The notes beneath the pieces were generated by a model. It was given only the letters and a program-made list of their open reading frames with translations, did no database searches and was not told where the DNA came from. Shown one piece after another: positions 28,098 through 37,535 of a stretch of DNA of 64,000 bases. The position numbers and the translations under genes are program-made. This DNA comes from Opitutales bacterium. GTDB taxonomy: Bacteria; Verrucomicrobiota; Verrucomicrobiia; Opitutales; JABSRG01. Where the stretch lies: positions 95,795 to 159,794 of the forward strand of contig JBMYOQ010000002.1 of NCBI GenBank assembly GCA_049599475.1, read 5' to 3'. The stretch's first letter is position 1; every line of letters starts with the position of its first letter.

Positions 28098-28919
28098 ATG
28101 AATTGGGGGAAATTCAGCCTGGGGCTTCTCATCGCCCTGTTTAACCTTGAACTCAGTGTTGGAAGCGAGCCTGCGGAGAGTGCCGCTGAATCGACATTTA
28201 TGCAATTGCTCGAGGCCGACTGGGATGAAGTCTTTTTCGATTCCGGAGCTGGAGACTGGCGAGAGCGTTGGACGCTCGATGGGGAATTTGCAACATTAGA
28301 GAATTCCGATGCGGGTATGGCTTTTACCGCAGGACCTGAAGCTTTCGAGGACGCTCATCATGCGGTGCTTTGGACAAGGCAAGACTTCGCGGGCAGTTTG
28401 AAAATTGAGTATGAGTATACGCGTCTCGACGACGTGCTGCGCATGACGACGATACTGTTCATTCAGGCCACTGGAAGTGGGGAGCCTGGGTATGATGAGG
28501 ATATCAGCAAATGGGCTGACAAACGTGCCGTTCCGGCAATGAGTCAGTATTTTGGGAACATGCACCTCTACCACCTAAGTTATGCGGCATATGGCAAGCG
28601 TGCCGCGGATATTGACGACGATTACGTGCGGGCTCGGCGCTATGTCGCAAAGCGATTGGGAGGCACTCAGATTAAAGGGGACACGTTTAAAACGGGTTTA
28701 TTTCGAACCGGCGTACCTCATCGAATCACCGTCATTAAGCACCAGAAAAACATTTACATGCGCGTGAGTAGTCCGGAAAAGACGGCATTTTTCCATTTTC
28801 ACAATCGCAAGCTCCCGCCTGTCGAGTTTGGCAAAATTGGCCTACGGCACATGTCTACGCGGAGTGCGCGTTACAAAGACTTTAAAGTAAGCGCCCTCGC
28901 GAGCGACGATATGAACTGA
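28098..28919 (+). CDS. Secreted DUF1961/YesU-like protein
   Basis: 'HAVLWTRQDFAGSLKIEYEYTRLD', 'YHLSYAAY', 'VRARRY', 'GKIGLRHM..RSARYKDFKV'. Confidence 0.75.
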   Translation: MNWGKFSLGLLIALFNLELSVGSEPAESAAESTFMQLLEADWDEVFFDSGAGDWRERWTLDGEFATLENSDAGMAFTAGPEAFEDAHHAVLWTRQDFAGSLKIEYEYTRLDDVLRMTTILFIQATGSGEPGYDEDISKWADKRAVPAMSQYFGNMHLYHLSYAAYGKRAADIDDDYVRARRYVAKRLGGTQIKGDTFKTGLFRTGVPHRITVIKHQKNIYMRVSSPEKTAFFHFHNRKLPPVEFGKIGLRHMSTRSARYKDFKVSALASDDMN

Positions 28920-28923
28920 GTCC

Positions 28924-30438
28924 ATGCTACGAAATCCCGCAATACAGACCCATTTTATGTTGATACCATTTCGACTTTCAGGACTCATAGCCATGCTCTC
29001 GTTTGGGATTGCTGGGGCGTCTTCCTTGTCTCCAGAGCTAAGAGTCACACGGTTAAACAACAATCAACCGATTATTCATCAGGGCCTGTTTAAGGCGTAT
29101 GCACCGGACGGACCTCCGGAATCGCTGCACCCGGAGGATTTGGAAGCCTATCAGGAGTTTTATGGCAAAGAGATTGATCGTAAGGGCAAGCCTTTCCAGG
29201 TCTCAGGCGAGGCGACGAACATCAACGGGCCCTGTATGGTGCGTGTCCCGAGCTGGCTGAAAGATCATGAAAAAGCCGATCCGCGTGCGAATTATTATCT
29301 GTACTTTGCGCACCATGGCTCGCCCTTCATTCGTATGGCGTGGGCACAGCACATTGAAGGGCCTCACACCTTGTATAATATGCATCCGGTCAATCGTGAC
29401 CTGGAGGGAGGGGATACGCAGCCTGGCCGAGGCGTTTTGGATCTCGGTTCCTCATTCAAGCGCGTGATCTATGGGAAGGTCAAACCTACCGTAAAGCTCA
29501 CTACAAAGGTTCATCTTAAAAATAATATAGCATCTCCAGATGTGATCATTGATGACGAGAATGAGCGGTTCATCATGTTCTTCCACAGTCATGCCGAAAA
29601 GCCGACCTTTGATTCCCGAAAGGCCAATACCAGTAAGCAGAAGACCTTTGTCGCCACATCGCGGACTGGCCTCAATTTCAACATGCCAGGGGATCCTAAG
29701 AACCTTCCACAAGGGGGTGTTCATGGGGGGGAGCCGGGGCATGGCATCAAGCCTGCCTATCTCGGTAATGCATATTTTCGCACGTTTATCTACGGGGGAC
29801 ATATTTATGCATTTACGAATTATGGACCTCTCTGGAAGGGGCCTGATGCAACCTTTACGGGAAAGTCAAATCGCCCCTTCAATTACGACGGGATCTGGGA
29901 CACCTCACTTCGCGGAAACGATGAGCGCGGGGATATCTGGATGCAGATGGAAAATCCTACTGAAAATCCGATCAAACGAGACATCGCGAGGATGAAGCCT
30001 CCGGGGATAAGCCCTAAGGATAATTCGCCAGATTTCACCCGGGCTAGTACGCAGACCGCTCGTCACTTTGCCACACACCTCCACGCAGATGGACGGACAT
30101 TAGAAGTCTGGTACACTGCGCGCAATGATAGACCGGAGCGGATCTTTCGCACGGTAATGGACCTCGCGCAGGTTGACTCGAAGGGGAATCCGGTCGATTG
30201 GCATAATTGGTCTACGCAAGTCGATAACCCCGTAGATGTGCACCAAATGATGCTGACGCCTGAATACCCGTGGGAAGGATCGGAGCTGCCTATCAAGGGC
30301 GGGGGCAATGGGCAAACCGATTTTGCGCACGCCATGCGTGACCCGGACCTGTTCCAAGACATCGATGGAACGCTCTACCTGCTCTATGTCGGCGGGGGAG
30401 AAAGTGCCATTGGTATCGCGCGTGTAGACACACTTTAA
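28924..30438 (+). CDS. Family A beta-propeller protein (copy 4), no C-terminal tag
   Basis: Closest to 13907 (KNNIASPDV, KTFVATSRTGLNFNMP, AMRDPDLF); ends IGIARVDTL*. Confidence 0.8.
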   Translation: MLRNPAIQTHFMLIPFRLSGLIAMLSFGIAGASSLSPELRVTRLNNNQPIIHQGLFKAYAPDGPPESLHPEDLEAYQEFYGKEIDRKGKPFQVSGEATNINGPCMVRVPSWLKDHEKADPRANYYLYFAHHGSPFIRMAWAQHIEGPHTLYNMHPVNRDLEGGDTQPGRGVLDLGSSFKRVIYGKVKPTVKLTTKVHLKNNIASPDVIIDDENERFIMFFHSHAEKPTFDSRKANTSKQKTFVATSRTGLNFNMPGDPKNLPQGGVHGGEPGHGIKPAYLGNAYFRTFIYGGHIYAFTNYGPLWKGPDATFTGKSNRPFNYDGIWDTSLRGNDERGDIWMQMENPTENPIKRDIARMKPPGISPKDNSPDFTRASTQTARHFATHLHADGRTLEVWYTARNDRPERIFRTVMDLAQVDSKGNPVDWHNWSTQVDNPVDVHQMMLTPEYPWEGSELPIKGGGNGQTDFAHAMRDPDLFQDIDGTLYLLYVGGGESAIGIARVDTL

Positions 30439-30465
30439 ATGTATCCAAATCTATAGACTTTCATT

Positions 30466-31602
30466 ATGCACTCATTACTTAAAGCCCTTATTTTAGGGAA
30501 CTTGTTCTTGCTCCTGAATTTCCAGGCAAATGCTCATAGTGATATTTCGGTGCATGTGATGAATACGGGAAGTCTGATCTATCGGGACATGGATTCCATG
30601 ACTCCGGGGGAAACGCTCGAAAATGTTTCTCTGAACGACCTTCAAGGGCAGTGCATCGTGAAGATCAATGGCGTGTATCATATGTATTTTGCCAAGCACA
30701 AGGGACTCAAAGTATATTTGGCAACCGCACCAGATATCGCGAGTAATGCGTGGACCTATGTCGGCGTGGTGCTGGATAGCGATGTCGGAAAAGGCCTATC
30801 CACCTTTGATCATATAGCCTTTCCAGATGTCACCATCGCGGAGAATGATCCGGGGCGCTACATCATGCTCTTTCATGGGATGCATCGGATGGGGAAGGGG
30901 GCCACCCGTAAAAAGGGGAAAAAGGAGCACATGAATTACATGGCTGTCAGTGGAGACCCGACCAATTTTAATGATGGCGTCCTGCTGCAAGACCGCTTGG
31001 GGACCCCCGCTCCTGTCTGCGTAACCGGCCCCTATGGGCGTGTATTTAAAATGTGGGACGACTACTATGCCGTTTCAAAACAAGGGGAGCTCTATGATAT
31101 TCCTGAGCACTTTGAGAGCGTCTTCAAAACAGGTACGTATGAGGGGCTCGATATTTCGGGGCTAAAAACGAAAATCGATGATGTGAATTTTGATCGGATT
31201 CCATCTCCAATCAGTAAGGACCTTCTCCTCGAGAATTGGGGGCTCAAGCCGTCTGACTATAATTGGATCAATCACCCCGATTTGAACCAAATTGCCCAAA
31301 CCAATAAGGCCGAATTCTATTTTTGGATTAAAAAGCCAAAAGACAGTAAATACAGCGAATTATACCGACAGGTTATTACGCTTGGAGAGCGGGGAGACTG
31401 GTTTATCGACCCGAATGAAAAGCTCTCCACAGCGCTCACTCGCGAAGCTGTCACCGAAGCCGTGGGCAAGCCTGTTACAACGCTGGGGGATCCTTATTAT
31501 TTCTACGAAGATGGAGTCGAGTATCTGTTTTTCGGGTACAGTCATGGAAGGGCAAACTCCCCAGGCGAAGGTAATATCGGCGTAGGCCGTATCAGTCGTT
31601 AG
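30466..31602 (+). CDS. Secreted putative beta-propeller protein (family B, untagged)
   Basis: Signal peptide; 'YHMYFAKH', 'HIAFPDV', 'YIMLFHG', 'GDPYYF..EYLFFGY', 'PGEGNIG'. Tandem paralog of 31712. Confidence 0.75.
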   Translation: MHSLLKALILGNLFLLLNFQANAHSDISVHVMNTGSLIYRDMDSMTPGETLENVSLNDLQGQCIVKINGVYHMYFAKHKGLKVYLATAPDIASNAWTYVGVVLDSDVGKGLSTFDHIAFPDVTIAENDPGRYIMLFHGMHRMGKGATRKKGKKEHMNYMAVSGDPTNFNDGVLLQDRLGTPAPVCVTGPYGRVFKMWDDYYAVSKQGELYDIPEHFESVFKTGTYEGLDISGLKTKIDDVNFDRIPSPISKDLLLENWGLKPSDYNWINHPDLNQIAQTNKAEFYFWIKKPKDSKYSELYRQVITLGERGDWFIDPNEKLSTALTREAVTEAVGKPVTTLGDPYYFYEDGVEYLFFGYSHGRANSPGEGNIGVGRISR

Positions 31603-31711
31603 CCTCTTCCGCAAAGTCTCCTACACAGTACAGCTCCCCCTGAGTCCCTTACCCCGCAAGCCGTTCCTTGAGAGGGCTTTATTATCTTTTATCCCTTGAT
31701 TACACCTATCT

Positions 31712-33307
31712 ATGAAAAAGCTGTTGCCTTTCGCGATTGTAGCGACCGCGATACTCCCAAGTTATGCCCATGAAAACCTCGATATAACCGTCGATATTTT
31801 CAGTGATAGCAGTCTCATTTTCCGATACATGGACTCGATCAATCCGGGAGAGGATCTGTCTGGGTATAACCTCAACGATTTGCAGGGGCAGAGCGTCATC
31901 AAAATCGACGGGGTCTATCACATGTATTTTGCGAAACACAATGGCACCCAGGTTCATCTGGCCACGACTGAGGACCTAGAAGTCGGGCCTTGGATTTATG
32001 TAGGTGTTGTTTTGGATAAAGCGGTGGGCGCCGGGCTTGCCAATTTCGACCATATCGCAGCCCCAGATGTGAGAATCGCGGAAGAGGCCCCGGGGCGCTA
32101 CATCATGCTGTTTCATGGTCAACATTACATGGGCGCGGATGCGACGGACCGCAGTGGACAGAAGGAACACATGAACTTCATGGCGATTAGTGACGATCCC
32201 ACCGACTTCAATGATGGCGTCTTATTGCAACCTAGAAAGGATGGCTTGCTGGCACCCGTGTGTATTTCCGATGGATACGCCCGCGCCTTTAAAATGAACG
32301 ACGACTATTTTGCCATCGCGAGTAGAGGAGAGATGTTTGATATCCCGGAGGTCTTCGAAACTGTCTCCCGAACGGGCACCTATGATGCCGTAGACGTATC
32401 GACCCTGAGCTCGCGCAAAGAGACCACCAACTTTACCCGGGTCCCGTTTCCAATCTCTTCTGCGTATTTCGAGGACCTTTGGGGGCTCACCACGAGCGGC
32501 GGCGATAAATCACTGCCGAACTATTTTAGTCACCTCAACCATGGTTTCGTACATCAGATCGGTACCTCGAATTTCGTGGATTATTTCTTTTGGTTGAAAA
32601 AGGCGAATGATCCTACTTACCGAGAAATGTTCCGCCTGGTACTCGAGCTCGATGAAAACAACAATTGGGTGCACGATCCTCTCAACACACCTCAGGCGGT
32701 GATTGGCTTGAGTGATGTGACTCATGGAGATGGCGCCAATGCGCGCTCTTTTGGAGATCCCTTCTATTTCCGGGATAATGGGCATGAGTATTTGCTCTTC
32801 GGATACGAATACGAACAGGCTAACAGTCCCGGTGAGGGAAATATTGGCCTCGCCAAAATTACACGGTATTACGGGGACGGGTCGGTGTGGCTCGATAGCG
32901 ATTGGGACGGCCAAGACAACGATGCTGATCTTGATGACGATAATGATGGCATCGACGACCTCACCGAGGAACAGTTTGGCCTGAATCCACTAAATGTTGA
33001 TGATGCCGGGGCCGATTTCGACGGTGATTCACAGCCGAATAAAACGGAGATCTTGGCCGGTACAGACTTGAACGACGCGAGTTCTCAATTTCGCATATCG
33101 AGTCTCGTAAAGGACCCGGTTGACGGCGATATTCAGATCGATTGGTCTGCGGGATCCAACCGGGCTTTTTCAATAGAATATTCGGAAAACCTCGTGGATT
33201 GGTTTCCCTTGCCTGGAGCCAGTGCGATCACTTCTGGCAGTGGATTTACCGATACAACAGTTGTGGAGGGGCAACCGCGTTTTTATCGCGTAATTCTCAA
33301 TGAGTAA
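31712..33307 (+). CDS. Secreted putative beta-propeller protein (family B) with C-terminal tag module
   Basis: Collinear with 30466 up to PGEGNIG, then DxDxDG segment and tag; ends PRFYRVILNE. Confidence 0.8.
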   Translation: MKKLLPFAIVATAILPSYAHENLDITVDIFSDSSLIFRYMDSINPGEDLSGYNLNDLQGQSVIKIDGVYHMYFAKHNGTQVHLATTEDLEVGPWIYVGVVLDKAVGAGLANFDHIAAPDVRIAEEAPGRYIMLFHGQHYMGADATDRSGQKEHMNFMAISDDPTDFNDGVLLQPRKDGLLAPVCISDGYARAFKMNDDYFAIASRGEMFDIPEVFETVSRTGTYDAVDVSTLSSRKETTNFTRVPFPISSAYFEDLWGLTTSGGDKSLPNYFSHLNHGFVHQIGTSNFVDYFFWLKKANDPTYREMFRLVLELDENNNWVHDPLNTPQAVIGLSDVTHGDGANARSFGDPFYFRDNGHEYLLFGYEYEQANSPGEGNIGLAKITRYYGDGSVWLDSDWDGQDNDADLDDDNDGIDDLTEEQFGLNPLNVDDAGADFDGDSQPNKTEILAGTDLNDASSQFRISSLVKDPVDGDIQIDWSAGSNRAFSIEYSENLVDWFPLPGASAITSGSGFTDTTVVEGQPRFYRVILNE

Positions 33308-33432
33308 GCGCTGCCTGAGGTGCCACTTGGTAAAAGAGTACGATAGTGAACAGTGCGATTGTATTAAAGTAATAAAAATAAACAAAGGCCGGTTTCTGGT
33401 GTTTGATCAGATGCATTGATCGAAGAAAAGTG

Positions 33433-34917
33433 ATGATATTGCGATTGTTTTTTATTTTGGTGTGTAGCCTTGGCGTTCTGTCTGCGGATCGGCCGAATAT
33501 TGTATTTATCCTGACGGACGACCAGCGGGATAATTCATTTTCGGGAATGGGTCATCCGTGGGTACAGACACCTCATGTGGATCGTTTGCTGGAGGAGAGC
33601 ACGCGATTCCAGAATGCTTACATTGCAGAACCCACCTGCAGGCCGAGCCGTGCGGCCATCTATTTGGGCTGTCATGAACGCGTGAACCACCAAGGCTTTA
33701 GTTCAAAGGTGAAAATGAATGCGGAGCAGTGGTCAGATAGTTTTCCCGCTCTGCTGCAGGAGGCTGGATATCATACTGGGTTTGTGGGGAAATGGCATGT
33801 GTCCAATGCCAAGGGGGTGCGACTCCGCAACCTCTTCGATTTTGTCGATGGTCACGAGGGACATGGCATGTTTTACTATCCGCAAGAAGACGGCACCGTG
33901 CTCACAACGAATGAGCATTTCACAAACAAAGCGATAGAGTATTTAGAATCTAGAGATACGAATCCGTTCTTTCTCTCGATCTGTTTCTCGACTCCGCACG
34001 GCTCCAAGTTAGCAAAAATGCATGAGGTGCTCGATGAACCGGCTCACCAGAACCCTCATCTCAAAGACCACCCCATCTACGGTCAGATGTATCGAGAGCT
34101 TTCCTTTGAGATACCGTTTGAGAAAGGTATTAACCCCTATGACCATATTCCCAAGTCCGTCATGAACCAGGATAAAGGGCGAAATCGGACTTATCATTAT
34201 AACTACGAAGAGGGGAAAAGTCGGGAGCATTACTATCGCTATTACCAGATGATCACGGAGATAGATCTAATGGTGCACCGAGTCGTATCGGCTCTTGAGC
34301 GCCTTGAATTAGATGAAGAGACGCTGATTGTTTTCGGGAGCGATCATGGGCTCTTGATGGGCGAATACGGTATGGGCGGCAAGGGGCTTGTCTACGATCT
34401 CTCGAGTAAATTTCCCTGTTTTATTTACGATCCCAGTGCTCCGAAAGCAACGCGAGGTCAGGTGCGCGATGAGCTCGTATCGAGCCTAGATATCGCCACG
34501 ACCCTTCTCGATTATGCAGGTGTCGAAAAGAGCGCCTTTATGTATGGCGCGAGCCTCAAGACATTGGTCCAGAGCACAGAGACCCCTGAGACCTGGAGAA
34601 CGGGCCTATTCCTGGAAAACCTGTACACTGGCCGTGATACGCCGATGCAAGCAGGCTATGTCGAGAATGGCTGGAAATACGTTGCTTACAGCAAGGCGAG
34701 GAACCCTTACACAGAGGACGATCTCAATCTAAGCGAGGACTCCATTGTATTCGAACAACTCTTTGATCTGAGGTCGGATCCTGAGGAAGAGCGAAATCTC
34801 ATTGATAGCCCGGAATTCGCCGAGACCCTCGCTCGGCTCAAACAAAACACTCAGAGCGAGGTTGACCGGTTGAACATGAAAAGAGCCGAATACCGAGCAC
34901 GTTATTTTACTGAGTAG
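33433..34917 (+). CDS. Sulfatase (S1, Cys-type)
   Basis: ORF from 33403 (TTG), ATG 33433 preferred. 'RPNIVFILTDDQ', CRPSRA, GKWH, SDHG. Confidence 0.93.
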   Translation: MILRLFFILVCSLGVLSADRPNIVFILTDDQRDNSFSGMGHPWVQTPHVDRLLEESTRFQNAYIAEPTCRPSRAAIYLGCHERVNHQGFSSKVKMNAEQWSDSFPALLQEAGYHTGFVGKWHVSNAKGVRLRNLFDFVDGHEGHGMFYYPQEDGTVLTTNEHFTNKAIEYLESRDTNPFFLSICFSTPHGSKLAKMHEVLDEPAHQNPHLKDHPIYGQMYRELSFEIPFEKGINPYDHIPKSVMNQDKGRNRTYHYNYEEGKSREHYYRYYQMITEIDLMVHRVVSALERLELDEETLIVFGSDHGLLMGEYGMGGKGLVYDLSSKFPCFIYDPSAPKATRGQVRDELVSSLDIATTLLDYAGVEKSAFMYGASLKTLVQSTETPETWRTGLFLENLYTGRDTPMQAGYVENGWKYVAYSKARNPYTEDDLNLSEDSIVFEQLFDLRSDPEEERNLIDSPEFAETLARLKQNTQSEVDRLNMKRAEYRARYFTE

Positions 34918-34982
34918 GTTCCCATCCGGGACTACAAACGGCCGAGAAAGAAAGTACCCTGAGTTTTATCGAATTTAACCCT

Positions 34983-35732
34983 ATGCTTATGATACGCAAA
35001 AGAACCTACCTCCTATGCTGGCTACTTGCTGGCATGATTCAAATAAATGCTGAGCCGCTCAAAGTCTTTGTGCTGGCGGGACAGAGCAACATGGTCGGAA
35101 AGCGTGGAGATGCGCTCGCATTACCTCAGGAAATGAAGGGAGTTCAGCAAAATTTGTTTTTCAAAAAGTCAGCATGGGTCCCCTTGGCACCCGGAGTGTC
35201 GGAGAAAAGGGGATTTGGCCCAGAGATTTCCTTTGCCTATGCAATGGGGGAGTATTTAGGAGAGCCTGTCGGTATTATCAAGCATAGCAGCGGCGGGACG
35301 AGCTTGGCGAAGCGTTGGGATCCTTCTGCTGAAAAATCGCTTTACCAGATGCTTCTGAATAAGGTGAAGGATGCTCAAAAGAGCCGAGATATTGAAATTC
35401 TTGGGATGCTTTGGATGCAGGGTGAAGCTGATTCTAAGAATCAGCAAGACGCAGAGGCTTATGCTGAAAATTTCAAAAATTTTATTTACACCGCCCGAGA
35501 AGATTTTGGCAGTCCGGAAATGATCTTTATCGCGGGACGTGTAAATCCAACTGCCGAAAAATATCCCTTCGTAGATATCGTGCGCGCGGCCCAGGAAAAT
35601 TGCGCGGTAGATAATTATTCATTTATCGACTGCGACGGCTTAAGCAAGGTAAGCGACCAGGTTCATTACGATCCAGTCGGGCTCGTCGAAATGGGAAAAC
35701 TGTTTGCCCGCGCCATGAAGGGGCACTTGTAG
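34983..35732 (+). CDS. Sialate O-acetylesterase-like (SASA/SGNH) carbohydrate acetylesterase, untagged
   Basis: 'VFVLAGQSNM', 'FGPEISF', 'GGTSL', 'WMQGEAD', 'DQVHY'. Confidence 0.9.
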   Translation: MLMIRKRTYLLCWLLAGMIQINAEPLKVFVLAGQSNMVGKRGDALALPQEMKGVQQNLFFKKSAWVPLAPGVSEKRGFGPEISFAYAMGEYLGEPVGIIKHSSGGTSLAKRWDPSAEKSLYQMLLNKVKDAQKSRDIEILGMLWMQGEADSKNQQDAEAYAENFKNFIYTAREDFGSPEMIFIAGRVNPTAEKYPFVDIVRAAQENCAVDNYSFIDCDGLSKVSDQVHYDPVGLVEMGKLFARAMKGHL

Positions 35733-35827
35733 CTAGACTGGAAGCTCAGAATTTCCGATACATTATGGGTCTCACTCTGTAGGGTTTCGCTCGCGGACCA
35801 CCTACAAATATTCCATTCGCGAAAGGT

Positions 35828-35910
35828 GTTGTAGCCGCGGCACTCTGCTGCCGTGCCAGCAGTTCAGTCATACACACAAAGGCGCCCCAGCAGAGTGAGT
35901 CGGCTACAAC
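35828..35910. repeat. REPIN-like inverted pair, second copy of 23302-23378
   Basis: gttgtagccgcggcactctgctgcc ... gccccagcagagtgagtcggctacaac; between convergent genes. Confidence 0.7.
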
Positions 35911-36014
35911 TCTCAATATGAGTGCGAACCGGTATAATTGGGAGAGCCGCTGAGTTTTTAGGTTGCTGAACACGCTGTGGTCTTTGCGAGGACAGGCCTT
36001 TGAGCTTGTTATAA

Positions 36015-37514
36015 CTACTTTTTCTTGGTTGTGTAGTTTAATCCAAGGTCATTCGTCCGAATTTTCGCGATCTTTTGTGCCATTTGTTGGCGAAATCTTT
36101 CGACAACTGGGGCGTGCTCTGGACTGTCTGAGAGGTTGTTCCATTGCTGAGCGTCCTTATGCATATCATACAATTGTACCGCAGCATTTTTCTCTTCGCC
36201 ATGCTGCATGTAGGCCCATCGGTCATTGCGAAGAAGCAAAAGTCCGCGGCTGGAGCAGAATGCAGTATCCCTTACGCTGAGAGCGGGGTTGCTTAACAAG
36301 GGGAGTAGGCTATGTCCCTGCAGGCGTTCCGGCACCTCGAGGCTACAGGCCTCTGCGAGAGTAGGATAGAGGTCGACGAGCTCGGTAAAAGAATGGCTCA
36401 ATGCAGGGGCTTTTCCGGGTATTTTTATTATCAAGGGCACGCGTGCGGATTCTTCCATCACGCCGACCTTCATCCAAAAGTCATGTTCGCCCAGGAAAAA
36501 ACCGTGGTCACTTGTGAAAACGACAATTGTGTTTTTCTCAAGACCTTCATCGCGGAGAGTATTCAGAATTTTACCCACCTGTGCATCCATATAACTGACA
36601 CTGGCATAGTAGCCCGCTACAGATTTGCGCTGCTGCTCCAGGTTCATGTTTAGGTTTTGTGTAGTCTTATAATTAATACCTCCCTTAGGAATATCATCCC
36701 AGTCTCCAGGAAATTTGTGTGGAAGCAACATGTCTTCGGGCTTGTAGCGCTCGAAATACTCTTTGGGTGCTGCAAATGGGACGTGCGGGCGTACAAATCC
36801 AACGGCTAAAAAGAAGGGACGATCTTTATTTGCTCGGATCCATTCGGATGCCTTTTGTGCTGTTTTTCCGTCGGCTTGAGACAGGTCTCCACCTTCGCTT
36901 TTCAGTAATTCCATGGTGTTCCCTCCGATGACGCCTTTACTACCATCGGGGTTGTTTTCGAGCAATTCGGATTCACCTCGGCCGAAAACTTCAGGTGCCT
37001 TTATGTTATAATACTCTGTCCAGGAGGTTTCATCATCTTTCCCGCTGGTGCCTTGTTCTATATCGCCGGGAACACGCATGTGGTATAGTTTACTGATGCG
37101 CGCGGATTTGTAGCCATTGTTTTTGAAATGCTGAGGCAGGGTCGCGCGCTCTCCGATAGACTCGCGTAGCGAATTCTTAATCCCTTTTCGAGCTCTAGGA
37201 ATATTTATGGCATGTGGATAGTAGCCGCTCAGTAAAGATGCTCTTGAGGGTTCGCAAACCGGGTATTGGCAATAAGTGCGTGTGAAGCGGGTGCCTTCAT
37301 TGGCTAGGCGGTCAATGTTGGGTGTGCTAACCCTATCATTGCCATAGCAATTGAGGGCAGTTGCGCTTAGGTCGTCTGAGATGATGAACAAGACGTTATA
37401 TAGACTATTCGAAGAGGTCCCAGCGTGCGTATTTACGGTAAATAGGGAGAACACGCCAAGTAGGATTTTTGCCCACTTCAATTGTTGCGTGATTTTAATC
37501 CACTGAATCCTCAT
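36015..37514 (-). CDS. Sulfatase (iduronate-2-sulfatase/choline-sulfatase-like S1)
   Basis: 'NVLFIISDDL', 'CQYPVCEPSRAS', 'VGFVRPHVPF', 'SDHG..LGEH..W.K'. Confidence 0.95.
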   Translation of the reverse strand: MRIQWIKITQQLKWAKILLGVFSLFTVNTHAGTSSNSLYNVLFIISDDLSATALNCYGNDRVSTPNIDRLANEGTRFTRTYCQYPVCEPSRASLLSGYYPHAINIPRARKGIKNSLRESIGERATLPQHFKNNGYKSARISKLYHMRVPGDIEQGTSGKDDETSWTEYYNIKAPEVFGRGESELLENNPDGSKGVIGGNTMELLKSEGGDLSQADGKTAQKASEWIRANKDRPFFLAVGFVRPHVPFAAPKEYFERYKPEDMLLPHKFPGDWDDIPKGGINYKTTQNLNMNLEQQRKSVAGYYASVSYMDAQVGKILNTLRDEGLEKNTIVVFTSDHGFFLGEHDFWMKVGVMEESARVPLIIKIPGKAPALSHSFTELVDLYPTLAEACSLEVPERLQGHSLLPLLSNPALSVRDTAFCSSRGLLLLRNDRWAYMQHGEEKNAAVQLYDMHKDAQQWNNLSDSPEHAPVVERFRQQMAQKIAKIRTNDLGLNYTTKKK

Positions 37515-37535
37515 ATTATATGGAGTGCCACGCAG

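Noticed and set aside
33333..33382. Additional copies of the operator before the 33433 sulfatase (and at 59643-59660)
   Set aside because: Three or more mismatches to the consensus in AT-rich DNA; cannot be distinguished from chance by eye.
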